Origin: Nymphaea colorata
Lineage: Eukaryota
Direction: 5' to 3'
Assembly: GCF_008831285.2 (NCBI RefSeq)
Contig: NC_045138.2
Span: 8,680,001-8,744,000 of the forward strand
DNA length: 64,000 bases
Part shown: piece after piece, positions 36,432-49,639 of the stretch
How the letters are laid out: the number at the start of each line of letters is the position of its first letter
How positions within the stretch are numbered: the stretch's first letter is position 1
The notes under the pieces: model-generated
Told to the model about the DNA's origin: nothing
The model's database searches: none
Seen by the model: the letters and a program-made list of their open reading frames with translations, nothing else
Position numbers and translations under genes: made by a program

Positions 36432-39233
36432 GCCAATTATGAAAAGCTTTGTTTTACAAAGGACAAGTTTTTTTGTTCATTCAAATCTTATAGAAGTTAT
36501 TTACATATTTTTTTTATTATAGAACAGGTTTTTAATAATATTAAGTTATAATACAAATACATGGATCTTAATATCTTAAAAAATTAATGACCTTCAACAT
36601 ACCAATTTTTAATATTTGAAAATTCGCGTCTTACCCAAATAGCATCATTTAAAGCATAATCTGTATCAAATAACTGATCTGCTTGCAGTAATATAACTTT
36701 AGTGCGCATTCAATAAAAAATTAGAAGATAGGAATAGTAGGCAGGCATGTGTCGTTTGCAGGATCCACTATAATTACTACGTATACATTAAAAAAATGTA
36801 AAAAAATTAGCCAAATTCTTGGTAAAGTTAAAAAAAAAAAAAACTACTTTTCTTTAGAATTTCCTAATTGCGAATTTTGACATAATTAACTTGAAACAGC
36901 CCACAAAAAAAGATTATGCAAGTTTTGCTATGTCTAGAAGCGCTGGCAAAAGCATCGCCAAACAAAACTCTTCACAATACTTTACAGTAAACAGCTAAAA
37001 CCGATCCAGTAAGGAAAACAGTAAACAAGAGGATACCAGAGTTGAAGGAACCAAATTTACAAATTTTGCATGAAAAGAAACAAAATATCATGAGCAGGTT
37101 GTTGTTGTTGCAGAATTTGAACTCTATAAAATGAGTTGCCATATTCACTTTCCCATCTTTGAGTGGAGCGACGCCCTTCCAACGTGGTTCGGAGCCTACC
37201 AAACCATGGCTTGTTGTTTGATATTAGCATTGTATTTTCAAACCTCTCCAAGCCACCTATCATCATGTTCTGACAAAGAATTGAGTCTTCAGGTAGGTCA
37301 GTGTTATCTTCCTACCAAGCTACTTCCTGGTCAAGATGCAATCCACTAAAGTCTTTAAACACAAAAGCCACCAGCCTTCTATCGTTAGAATCAGTAGAGG
37401 CAACTTGGAGACAAGCTTGACCTAGCAAAATAGGGGCCACTTGTCAGGAGTCACCCCAGTAGCAAGCCAAACCTGCAAGTCGTTTAATTCCTCAAGGATG
37501 TATAAAACCCATTAACACAGACGCGGTAGATGGCATGAGAATCCTGTTCAGGAGACATTCGTCATTATGGATTCTCAAATTGCGTCTACACCACATTTTG
37601 ATTATTGCAAGTGTATCTCCTAGTATTATAAAGGAATAATAAGGGCAACGAAGCTAAATCCTCTTTTCTCTGTAACAAAGTTTTAAACGTGTCCATTCCA
37701 CAAAATCGACAGTGTCATTCTGGAATTTATCTATACAAATTTAAAATTTTCCTTGTTTGCGTTGCAAACTTATAACTCATGTTTTAATTTTTTTCCCCGT
37801 TAATTAGATTTATTTATTTTTTATTTAGAAGTAGTAAAAGACTAGGACATATCAAACTTTGATAAAAGATGAATCTAACAAATATTATATAGTAATTATT
37901 TATCCTTCACATATATACCAAAAAAGGAAAATTTGTTTTCTATTAATTGAAGGCATCGCTTTTTTAATTCCACTGAAGATATTTGTGTTGCAACTTAAGA
38001 TTCAGCTTTTTCTCAATCAACTGACATTTTTCACTCCAAAGCAACATAATGGATGCCATTTTCTTTCTATTGTACAATCTTATTATCACACAAGCACACA
38101 AACAAATATAAAGCACACTATATTTTAGGACTTTCTCTTGGGTTGTGCTTTTGTTTATGATCATGGTTCCTCCAGTACTCAAAATTCCAATCTGTCTTTT
38201 TTACCTCATAACTAGAAAAAAAATGCAAGAAATTCATAGACAACCAAGTGTAAGGTCTAGTTTGTAATAGATACAAGGCCCAATTAAGGGAGAAAAAATG
38301 GTATTTTCCTCTGACAATGCAAACATTTAACGTACTTTATCACTGTTCAGTTAACAAGTTATGTCTCGATCTGCTTATGTTGCCAACTTTTCTCGCTTTC
38401 TTTTGATTTAGTAGATTGGAAAAGTCCAAAGCTTTGGCAGTAGGTAGGTCTTAACTCTTATATCAACCTGTTAAGAAGACAGATAAAACTCTACAACTAG
38501 GACCCTCACTTTTTGAGCCTATGTTGGCGTCAGCTTGCACACTGACATTGTGTCCACAGGAATCCTCTATTTATGGCTATTAGCTAGTAAACGCGGATAG
38601 AATTGAGTGCATGAACTACTGATACAAGATGGAATAGGTTTCAGTTAGCCTCATAGTTTTGCAAATAATATTCCTTTTTTTTTTCACCAATTGGGATTGG
38701 GCAGATCTCATCATGTTATGTCATTTCTTTCTCCAAAATATAAACATGAGTCATGACACAAAGTTTTGGGCATGAAGAAGGCTTGGCCCACATAAAAATA
38801 TCTCAAATAACTTGAAACAGACAGCTGCGTTTATTAGGTAGACTAATTTTTTCAACTTGAAGTGTCTGAAGTCATCGTCGACAGTTTTTCTTCTGATCTG
38901 CCAAGATTCTCCAGTGAGATCCATCAATGCGATAGTAGAAAATAAATTTTGTTATTTCATTCTGTAATCAAAACCATTTCCACTACAAATATAGATCAAT
39001 AAGCGTACAACCATATGCCTCAAACATGCTACAACTATCCCATATAGGGCAACCATCCTGCATATGCTTGATTTGTTACAGTATGTATGATCAGTGAAAA
39101 CCGTACGCCTTGCACATTTTACATATACCTCCACATACTGCTGCCATTTCAAATATGGATGCTTCCATGCACTTATTTTTTTGCACTTTGTTTTCCATAA
39201 ACATGAGCACTCGGACTACTGCATGCTCATTCT

Positions 39234-42063
39234 TCAAAGTTCATCTTTCTCAGTTTTGTTCGTGCTGGATGGCTCTGTTAAATGGAGATCATTTTTTTCT
39301 TTGATGGGCTCATCCTCCATTTCGACCTTAGTGTTCCGGTTTCCGACATGAATCCAGCATGGTGCAGACCATTTCTCCCCTTCAATGACAGGGCAACTTG
39401 CATGTAGACTGGCCGGGTCAGTTGTCGCATCTGGGTGAAGACTGAAGAAGAGTACTGCATCCCCTTTCTTGGGCTTCACTGACAAGAGAGTAGAGGAAGC
39501 ATTAAAAGTAGACAGGGAAGCAGCAGTTAGGCGATCTATATTGCAGGCATCGTCAGATGGCCACAATAGTAGAAGAAAAAGCAACACAGTTACCTCAACT
39601 TACAATGCAAGTGGAGAAAATACAAAAGACATACTGATAGTAGATCCACAATAATATACTTTTGGAAATAAGAAAATCATTGGCCATTAAAAGTGTCCAA
39701 GAATATTCTCGTTCTACCATGATGCTATAAACTCCTTGGATTCATTAAAGCTACTGATAAATGCATTTAGTAGTACATAGTGAAAATAAATGTACAAAAA
39801 GCGATGCAAATTCCAGATGAGCTATCCATATATTGCAACTTCAGGGATTATGTAACGCTTTCTGCACATAACAGATATCTCTAATGCCATAAACACATAG
39901 GAGCACCTATATAAGACATTGTCACAACTGCCTAAAAGCTAACCATTGTGGTTATGGATATCACTTCACAATAATCAGGAGGAGAAAGCATGAGTCCAAT
40001 AAACTTAAAATAATTTACTGCATGGATTGGATTGAGATACTGGTTTCATCAAGTAAATAACATTCAAGTAGTTGAAAAGTCTACTTTGGATCCTTTACAT
40101 ATATTATGGCATGTATGTGCATTAACAGCTAGTGGAAAGAGAAAAGAATTGGTTCAAGTTGTAAACCTGCTAAACCTCTTCTTGAACAATCAGACCAAGT
40201 ATCATCCTTCTCTTGAATTACACCCTGCAAGCCACATGTTATGTTTCAAATAAAAGAATTGAAAGTGAAGTGCTAAACAGTAATATGACTTGCCTCAGCA
40301 TTGGGAAAGACAGTCTCCCCTCCTTTTGTAACATTAGATAAGTACATAAGAACTGTCACCATCCGATGGCCACCCCACACTATGTTCTTCTTATCGTTAA
40401 AATAATCAAAGTGGGGTTCATATTTTTCACCAATGCCATAGCGCAGTACTTGTATAGGTTCAGCATTTTCTGATCATAACATAAACTTTAGATAAACTGT
40501 GAGTTTGCCATTTACACAAGAATAACAGGAAGATCATATGTTACCTATTGGTAGGAACGTCCAAGTGGAAATTCTGTTCTCTATTCTCTTGATAATTGCA
40601 TCCTTGATTAAAATATCCAGGAAGAAGGAAGAAGGTGGATCAGAAAGATGTAAGACCAGCCATTTCGTGCAAGCTTTAATTTATCAAACTCCTGGACTAA
40701 TCAAGATATGAAGATAATATCTTTAATTGAAACTACAAACAGTATTGTTCCTTGGCAAATTTATTCAAAAAATATACGTTTAGAAAAACAGGCATGTTTA
40801 CTTGACCATTGGAGAGTTTATGTGAATTACCCAGACAGTGAAACAGTTTGATACCGAGATCTATTGATTGTCTATCCAGCTTAGATTTAAGAAGTAATTG
40901 AATCTGCCATTTCGGAAACTTCCACAAATAAGTGTTGAAGAGTAATCAAATAATTATCCCCGGAGACTCAAACCAAAGACCTAATTTCTGATGGCAACCA
41001 TGAAACAGATAAAGCTGTTCCCCGACTGTCATTAAATTGGAACACTTTCATTGAGCAGAATGATTTGATTTTGAAAAGCTGATACCCAGATAGAACCATA
41101 ATGATGTCAAAATATCTTTATTCATGTATAGTGTGAGTCCATGTTCTGAACCTTCAAAGGATTCTGCGAGAGACGCTTAACAATTCTCTATAGTATAGTA
41201 TGTAAAACTTCTTGTTTATTGAAAAGACTTTGTGATATCTGCTCAACAATTACACATGCAAATTACGTTAACCAAGCACTGTCAAAAATGAAAGAAAAGA
41301 AACAAACTATCACAGAAGCAGAGCACCAGTTAAACGTCATTACAGATATCAAAAAAGTACCCTCATCAAAATATACAGAAAAAGCATAAGGTCTTTCACC
41401 TGTTCTTTCTTCAGGAAAGTTCCAGAACTGGTGCGAACATCGCTCAAATAGCTTTCCCCCGTTTTATCACGTGCCACTTGAGATTTCTTTAGATCTCCCT
41501 TTGCCTATGAGGACCCAACATTAGTGAATTTAGCCATACAAGAACTTGGAAACATGGCAACTACAAACAATAAGACCCCAATTACCAAATTGATTATGTG
41601 GTCACACTCCTCATCGGACAGGAAGCCGTTGTAAATGAAGGCCCTGTTTTACAAAGTCACATGAATACCCTTCTAATTCAACAAAATCGTCAGAGGCCAA
41701 CAACCATAGCTGTGCAAATCCAATGGAGGCTCCATGAACTATTTACTTTAGAAGCAACAAGGACCACCTATTGGTAGTAGAACTATACACATAGATATAT
41801 ACCTTGGGCGCCAAGAGACTGGGGTGACTTTGGTAGGATCAAACCCATGGGTGGGATCATCATCCTCTTCTTGGGATCTGACAAGGGAACGGTACCTGCA
41901 ACACCAAATTCAATGGGCAAAGAGAAAACTAAAAGAAGGGAGAGAAAAAAAGGAGACAAAGCATGGTCCTTAGTCCTTACAGCCCCGAAAGGTCGAGAGA
42001 CTGAGACAGGTCAAGGTGGCAAAAGAAGAGAAGAAACAGAACGAGGAATTTCATTCTTCTCAT
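39234..42063 (-). CDS. P4H: Prolyl 4-hydroxylase (P4H6/7-like 2OG-Fe(II) dioxygenase), 8 exons, 291 aa, signal peptide, C-terminal KDEL
   Basis: Exons 42063-41981, 41895-41803, 41643-41586, 41504-41400, 40602-40545, 40469-40294, 40224-40167 and 39478-39234 splice in frame (876 nt). Motifs SWRPRAF, FLSDEECDH, VRTSSGTFL, YEPHFDYF, GGETVFP and LHASCPVIEGEKW. Confidence 0.95.
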
Positions 42064-42989
42064 CGTGGTATACAAGAAGAACAATGGCGGAGAAGAAGGA
42101 TGGAGAGAAAAGGGCCCTCATGGCCGTCTTTAAACATGGCGTGACTCCCACCCCTCTAGCTCGGGAGAGATCCCCAGTTTATCAACAGTCTGATGGCCGC
42201 ACACCAGTATTCCATCTCCCCTTCTCCTAAGTCAAAGCCATAATCGTGGGGGTTTTCTGGTGGAGCACCACAACTAGAAGAAGGCCATTGACGAGGCTTC
42301 GGAGACCCCCATGAATTCACTAATGTGATGGAGCTGAACGTGCGCTCAGAGTTCGCTCGTTTATTGGCTGGAGGCCAGCTTCGATTCGATTGAAACAATG
42401 GATGGATTGTTTAAAGGCCAGCTTCGATTGAAACAAACCTGAAGCATGAAATTACAGATCTCCTTCCTCTGCTGCTGCGGCTGGTGGCAGACTATTTGAA
42501 TGAAGAAGTAGCGGACTGTTGTTGATATCAATTCGTATTGTTTGACGTATTGTTTGCCAGCTGAAGCTTCTCTTCTTCCTCTTACCTGCCGGTCATGGCT
42601 TCGCCAGGGGTCCTCAAATTGAAAAATTAAAATTTACTATATCAATCTTTTAAGAAATTTTACTTTGTCCCGAATAGCAATTTTGAAAATTGTCTATCAG
42701 CCTTCATATAAAAGCATCCTCACTCTGCCATTACGGTTGGAGTTCTCTCTAGACCAATGACTCTATAACTTAAGGCTGCCATTACGGCCGCAGTTGTCTA
42801 TAGACTTGAACCTATGACTTAAAGCGTCCTTCAACTTAATGTCTGGCTTGCTTGCCACTGTTTGCAAAGGAAAGTAACATGATTGTGATCAAATTTACGA
42901 CATGCACAAGTAAGTACTTCAATATGCCCAGCTGTGAGTACTTGGCCCAACTCATTCCCTCCATCATTTAAATAAAAGTTCTTTATGAA

Positions 42990-43156
42990 TATGGGCGGAG
43001 TTAGGAATTTCTTATTAAGGGAGTCAAAACTTTTTAAAATATCATTTTTAAAATTTTTATATAAAATAAGTAAAATTTTCTAATATTTAGACCTAAAACT
43101 TTTTTAAATTTTGAGGTGGGGTCAGGGTCCATGGGAGCCCCCTAGCTCAGCCCCTG
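42990..43156. mobile_element. hAT-type MITE (167 bp)
   Basis: Imperfect TIRs TATGGGCGGAGTTAGG..CCTAGCTCAGCCCCTG, TSD TTTATGAA/TCTATGAA and an AT-rich core. Confidence 0.75.
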
Positions 43157-43179
43157 TCTATGAATGACATTTCTTCTGT

Positions 43180-43259
43180 CTATGAATGGGAGAAGTGGGC
43201 TATGAATGGGAGACGTGGGTATGAATGGGAGAAGTGGGCTATGAATGGGAGACGTGGGC
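43180..43259. repeat. Four-copy ~20-bp minisatellite
   Basis: CTATGAATGGGAGA(A/C)GTGGG repeated with alternating A/C variants. Confidence 0.9.
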
Positions 43260-45789
43260 CGCAAACATTGTCCCGAAAGAAGCATGCCAAGAGACGGTGC
43301 TAGTCAAGGACATCGTTTGGGAAAACAACGATGAATGCAGGCGAAAAATGGATACTGTGATTGTTATTTCATGATAGAACCCTAATTCCTATGCTATATA
43401 AAGATTTTTAGTCCTCAAGAAAATGTGCATTAGCAATCTTAAAAGAGTTGTCATGAAATTCTAACCAACATTGAACGAGCCGACTGAATTGAACAGATGA
43501 TTATCCATCAATGTTGATAAAATATATTCAGTTTCTAAATCAAATGTGACCAAAACTTTTAGAAAATCTGTTGAACAAGATCGGAATAAAATCACTTTAT
43601 AATCAGATCAAATTACAATTTATATATTTAACTCAAAAATTAACAAAAAATAGAATTTGATAGCAAAAAAAAAATAAAAAAACAAACAAAATATTTAATC
43701 AGATGTTTAGTTTACCAAATTAATAAAAAGGTAGGGCAGCTCAGCAAGTTAATACTAATGTAGATCATCATGTTTATTAGAAACCGTTAAATCTTTTAGC
43801 ACATGGTTTCGTTGCATTCTTTCAACATCAGCATAGTGCATGTGATATCGATGCATCGATTATCAAATCAAAGTCAAATTCTATAATAATCTCTTGGGCA
43901 GAGTAGCTGGTTGCGAAGAATCTAATGACTTATCAAGTCTAGAAAATGACAAATATCTCCAATTAATTTTAGGAATAAGATCAGCACGACATCATGTACA
44001 ACTATAGTTTAACATAAGAAAGAAAAAAAATTGTAGGTCAAAAAATCACATTCAAAGATCAAGTTCCGAAGCTACCATGCTGCCACCTGTACAAAAAACT
44101 ATCATGGGTTACATTGTACTGCATGTTGCCTGCAATTCAGTCTACGTTACCTATGTAAATGTATGCCGTCTCTAAGTCTTAGAGAGTGCCATAGCTGATG
44201 GATACACCATACTCACTCCGGATGTTGGCACAGCCCAAGACCCTGGCGGTAGGAAAATAGAGAGCCATCAGTATGGTTCTTTTATGGGCAGAAGGTCATA
44301 ATCCTTTCTTTTACCTTCTATATATGCATACATCTCAGATAGTAGACTTTTGGTTTGTTCAATTTTGAAAATGCCAACTCCAACAGCGTAACCAAGTGTA
44401 TCGGGCATCTTGTTGGTACCATCAAATATTTGATTTGGTTATTTTTCATTAAAACAAGAAATTAAGCTGAGTATAACATATTTTTTTCAAAAAATAGACA
44501 TTTCGGACTATTGAATCGGGTCATGTAATCAAATGGAAAATATTTTTAAATTTTACATGGACAATAAGTTTTTGAGTGTTAGGGATATTATTGTAAACTA
44601 ACTTGAATTTTATCATTTTTCTCATATATTGTCTAAACAAACATCATTTAATAATTCACTTGTTTTCATTTTCTTTCCTTTCCAAACAAATAAGCTTTTA
44701 TAATAATTTCCTTCCCTTTCTTTTTCTCTCCTTTCATCTCCCTCCATTTTTTCATTTTAGTTCATTTTCATTTTCTGTCCTTTTCATCCATTTCTTTGGT
44801 ATGCTTTCCCTCCATCCACGCGGACCGTAAAGAAAAACCAACTATAAGGCAAGGGGGGAGGGACGAGTGATAGAAGGAGAAGGAATGGGATTCACAAAAT
44901 TATGTGACTCATTTCCTATTTCATGGGGCACTTTCTGGCTAGTAGCTGGCACGTGGTGAGTCACACTGGTGAATCCTTTATTTCTCTATATGATGATTTT
45001 ACGTCAAGGTTATATATTTCATGTTTCAATAGACCTGGTTTGAGTGACATAAGCATCAATCTCCTATATTAATGAGGCAGGATTGACCGAGTATATCGGA
45101 TGTCTCATACTAAACACCAATGCAGCCCCTTAAAACCGTTTACCCAAGCCAACAAGTAAGACATTGACTTAATCTTATAGAATGCTCCCCCTTCCTCCAC
45201 AATATTTTGAAGAAATACAATTTACCATTTATGGGTACGATTATAGGAAATTAGTACGTCAATATATAAGAATTATCCATAATATTTGTCTATCTTTGTA
45301 TGAATACTAACGTTTAATTACATCCAGGTGCACTAATTTTCAGTTAAATTTATCAAGAAAAGAAGAAGAAAGTTGGGTTTTCAATTACCTAGAATCACAA
45401 AATAAAAGATTTACGCTTAAGTTGTAGAGTGTAAGCAAGTGTGTTATAAGTGTTGTACCTTAGTCCATAAAAGGGGGAGGGCGGGGCCACGCTAGGAGTA
45501 GGCCCCATATTATAGACAAACTATTCAATAAAAATTTAATTTCCTGATTTATGGGATTTTATATCAAATTTTAGAAAGAAGGCTCAAAAATATCAGGTTT
45601 AAATTGAAAACTTCTATCACAAGCTCCTTTCTGAAATTTTGGCTAAAACACAATGTAAATGACTTTCCTTATTAGAGAACTATGTTTGTTCAAGTTTGTT
45701 GAATTGAAACATTTTGAAATTGCTAACTATAAGTGAAAGAGAACCTTCCGTTCTGCCATAAGAGCTTTATGGAAGGGCGTGCACGCGGT

Positions 45790-46129
45790 CTAAGTCACTC
45801 GAACTTTTCTATTTTACTGTCGCACTCGAGTCGCATTGAGTTAGGTGCGCACCGGACATGGGTGTGATTCCGACTCACACCCGAGCCCAATTAAAATGTC
45901 ATATTATTAAATTACTTATATAATATATATTTATTCAAATATGTTATATACATTAGTAACTAAATTGTAATAATAATATATACATGCTTATTCTATTATA
46001 TATATAATAAATTAAAAATAATAATAATAATATATCTTCACTGCACTGCCACACTTAAATTTTTTGCGATGTGCCGTTCCGACACCCGCACCTACACCTG
46101 CAATCGCACCCTGCACTTAGGTGACATAG
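45790..46129. mobile_element. Probable MITE
   Basis: CTAAGTCAC..GTGACATAG inverted ends, CACCCG-rich subterminal motifs and an AT-rich core. No TSD seen. Confidence 0.45.
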
Positions 46130-46494
46130 AATGCCACCCTCCCCTTACAGGAGGGGAAGATGTTATATGTGGAAGCCGCTTGGGGCAGAGCATGTTATAT
46201 ATTATATGTTGTGTACAACTTGCAAAAATTTATTATGGAGTTTTCTGTATAGTTCTTACTTTCAATTTGATCCATAAAAGTAAAAAGACACACATGAGCG
46301 GTGGCTTTTATGCACTCCCCTTTTTGCATAACAAATAACAAATAACCTGCTTTAAAATATAAACTCTTTTTTAACATTTCAAACAAACCAGATTATATGT
46401 GATGGGCATACCCCCTCATAAGTTCCCCTCCACTCCATTTCAGGTATTGCAACGTGATGAATTTCCTAACTAAAGAACCCGGTTATAGAATTTT

Positions 46495-46790
46495 ACCAAA
46501 AGGAAATATTACAAAATTGCAGAGAAGGAGAGTGGAGACCATTTTTGCAATTTATGGAACATGGAATGCGGCAGAATAGATGCTCCGAAATTTTAACCCA
46601 GTAAGTGGAAAATGTGAACAATTATTGGGGTGTTATTGTGTATTACCAAAAAGACATATTTCAAAATTGCAGAGCAGGAGAGTCGGAAACCACTTTTTGC
46701 AAGTTATGGAACATAGAATGCAGGAGAATAGATGCTCGGAAATTTTAACCGAGTAAGTGGAAAATGTGGACAGTTATTGGGGTGTTCCTG
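46495..46790. repeat. ~150-bp tandem duplication
   Basis: CAAAATTGCAGAG..AGTAAGTGGAAAATGTG..TTATTGGGGTGTT occurs twice in tandem. Confidence 0.85.
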
Positions 46791-48414
46791 TAAATTTCTA
46801 AACCCTAGCGTTTAAAAACCTCCTTTGGATAGATTTTTGTTCTCGTTCTCCGCCTTCACCTTCCTCTGCGTCCCTCGAGTCTGAGCTTCTCCCCCCATCG
46901 ATATTTCTGATGGTGTCATCGATCATGAAGGGCTAATGCCGGCCATCTCCGGCTACCCACGAGACTGCTGGGCTCGCTGCTACTTAGGCTACTGCCGGCA
47001 GAAAAACCATGATTTTTACTTTAATTTTTTTTTCTCCCGCTCGTCGAGCAGAGAGAGAACCTCTGCATTGCCGTTCCTCTCGGGCTGAGCAGATGCAGTC
47101 GTCTCTGCGTCCGTGCCCCCTTTTTTTCCCCCTCTCTTTTCCTTTTTTTCTTCGTTCCTCCTATCCTTTTTCCCTGCGTTGTTTTTCTTTCTCTGTTGCT
47201 AGGATGAAAGGTTGGCCATGCTCATGGCCACAACCCAAAAATCGCTTCAAATTGCTGCCTTTTGTTGACTGCGGATCCTCCCTGGATAGGCCGACAGTTC
47301 AAGGGTGCCAGCGGTTGCTTTAAAATTTATGTCTTCTTCTTGATCTACGTAGTTCGGAACTGCATCGAGTACTGAGGCTGCCGCGTCCTTTGGTTTCCGG
47401 CTGCCTAGTCCATGAATGCGTACATAGATGGGGTTACGCTTTGCAGCATATAAGGCCCTTACTGCTTATGCTGCCTGTGATACTCCTATAAGACTTCCTC
47501 CGCGCAACTACTTCCCCAATTTCTGTCTTTCATATTGCTTGTACGTATTTTTCTCGTGTGAGCTACCTTTTGGTAAGTTATCCCTCCGTGTCTTGGTAAC
47601 TAAAGCCCATTTACCATTGTCTTTTTTTTTTTTTTTTTTTTTTTTGTCAAGGTGATGACACCAAGGATGGAGCCAGGATGGCTAAAATGGGTGTTGGGTT
47701 TGGTACATTGAATTTGAATAAGGTCAAACTGAATTCACATTCAAAAAATAAATAAAATCAATTTTTTTTTTCAATTTTGACACTATTTTTTTTTTCATTT
47801 GGTTGAGGTGCCGCTGATGACACCTCATGACAGGTCACCGAAATTGATTTTAAGAAAACCCAGTTTGGTGAAAACCAAGTTTTTTAACCAGTTTCTAAAA
47901 CCTAGTTTGTATGTTTGGATGACAAGTCAAAAACTGTTTTTACTTTTGAAACATGGTTTTTGTTTGGATGACAACAATAAGTTTTACATAATGATTAATG
48001 TCAGCTGAATATTGGAAGGAATTAAACTACAGCTGATAGCCTGATACAAGAGAAAACTTGCACTCTTGTTTTGACATTGCTGTAACATTACTTCTGATAC
48101 ATGACAGTTCCATCCTCACAATTTCTTCCCGTGTAGCTTTTGCATCGACTAAGAATAACCAGTTTTTTTTTTTGTCATTTTTATTAGTTTCTGTTCAGTT
48201 TTGATTCAGTCTTCATTGATTCTATTGAAAATGACAGCTTCCACCACCTCTAAATTCTCCTCGTCCACGACCCATGAATCTCATAAATACCACTTGAGTA
48301 TCCTCGCTTGCAACCAGTGGTTGTCGGCCTTAACATTTTGCACTCTTTTCACCTGATTTTAAAAAAAAAAAGAACATATGAACTGGTAAGCTTTTAAATT
48401 TTGTTTTATAATAT

Positions 48415-48935
48415 CTTATGAATTATATTAACCTCATGAGGTTGGCAAGAATCTGAGAGCAAGAGGAAAGTAAAGCAAAGATCAAAACTTCCCAAAATAT
48501 GAATATAGTTAATCATAGAAAGGATACAATTGGCATTGACGTTACACCATGATGGTACTTGCTTGGTAAATGCGGGGAAATTAAGGTCACCAACTCACGT
48601 GCCTCCTTATGTAAGGCAGATAAATGTATAACTGAGTTGCCTAATTAAGTAGCTTCACACGATAATGGGAATAATGGTGCATCCGTGCAAAATGCCGGAG
48701 CCAATTAGAGGAGATGGCCTTTAATGAGTGCACCAAACAAGATGATCTAGACTGAATGCATCAGAACAGACAGGAGGGAAAGTCATCCATAGCAAATTCA
48801 TAGCTACCAGGCTCACCCTTCAGTAATAAAACGGCTCACACTTAAAGGGTTTGAGGTTTGAATCTGGGGTAGATGTCACACTCTAGCGTATTACTTATAT
48901 AGATGGTCAACCGTCGCAAACATGATACCCGAGTT
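48415..48935 (+). repeat. Dispersed duplication, copy 1 (copy 2 at 60256-60950)
   Basis: Long shared stretches such as CATGAGGTTGGCAAGAATCTGAGAGCAAGAGGAAAGTAAAGCAAAGATCA and TAAGGTCACCAACTCACGTGCCTCCTTATGTAAGGCAGATAAAT. Confidence 0.92.
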
Positions 48936-49639
48936 CAAGAACATAATGAGGAAGAATTAACATAAATGACAAGACTATTCAAATTTCAAAATGTCCACTT
49001 ATTTGAAGCAAGTTTCCAATTGATCTTCTAATGCCATTAGTAACATGGGTGAAGCTAAGTTTCCTTCCTAATGTTATCTCTTGCATAAATTTCATCACAA
49101 GCACACCGCGGTCATAGTTGTTTTTTTGTTATAGACATTTTACTAGTAAAAGTTTGTTTTCGTCTAACATTCGAATGCTGAAGGCATGTTTGAGGCAATA
49201 TTTCTGTACAAGAAGAAAAACTTATTAAGAAAATCAAAAGAACTTATGTTAACAGTATCTAGAGCTTAAACTACATACCAGCTTGTAGAGGTCTTATACA
49301 ATTTGGTAGTCATCATAGCCTACGCATGAATCATATATCTGCACTTGTGTTTTGGCGTTGTGAAGGGCATACAACACCAAGTGTGCCTTTTCCGCCTCCA
49401 TAGGATGAAATAAAGCCTGAAACAGACACGCATTACAGAACAACTAGATTAGGGTAAAATAGGAGCCTATGATATATTCTAAACTGCCCCTTTTGTTGTG
49501 AGAAACTGCGACAAAAATATTGTTCCTACTGATAAGAGCCAACACCTGTTTTGACTTAACGATGTTAATTTATTTTCAAAATTATGTAAACTACCATGTT
49601 CTCATATAACAATAGCACTAATGCTTATGTTCAGGTTTG

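Noticed and set aside
39300..39380. P4H as catalytically dead because of WSAPCW
   Set aside because: The 2-oxoglutarate-binding Lys is ten residues after the distal His (GEK) and is intact.
42064..42140. Upstream out-of-frame ATGs as P4H uORFs
   Set aside because: The TSS is unknown and the ATGs may lie upstream of it.
47645..47740. C/D box snoRNA (GTGATGA..CTGA)
   Set aside because: No terminal stem or recognisable rRNA guide; it looks more like sequence following a splice acceptor.
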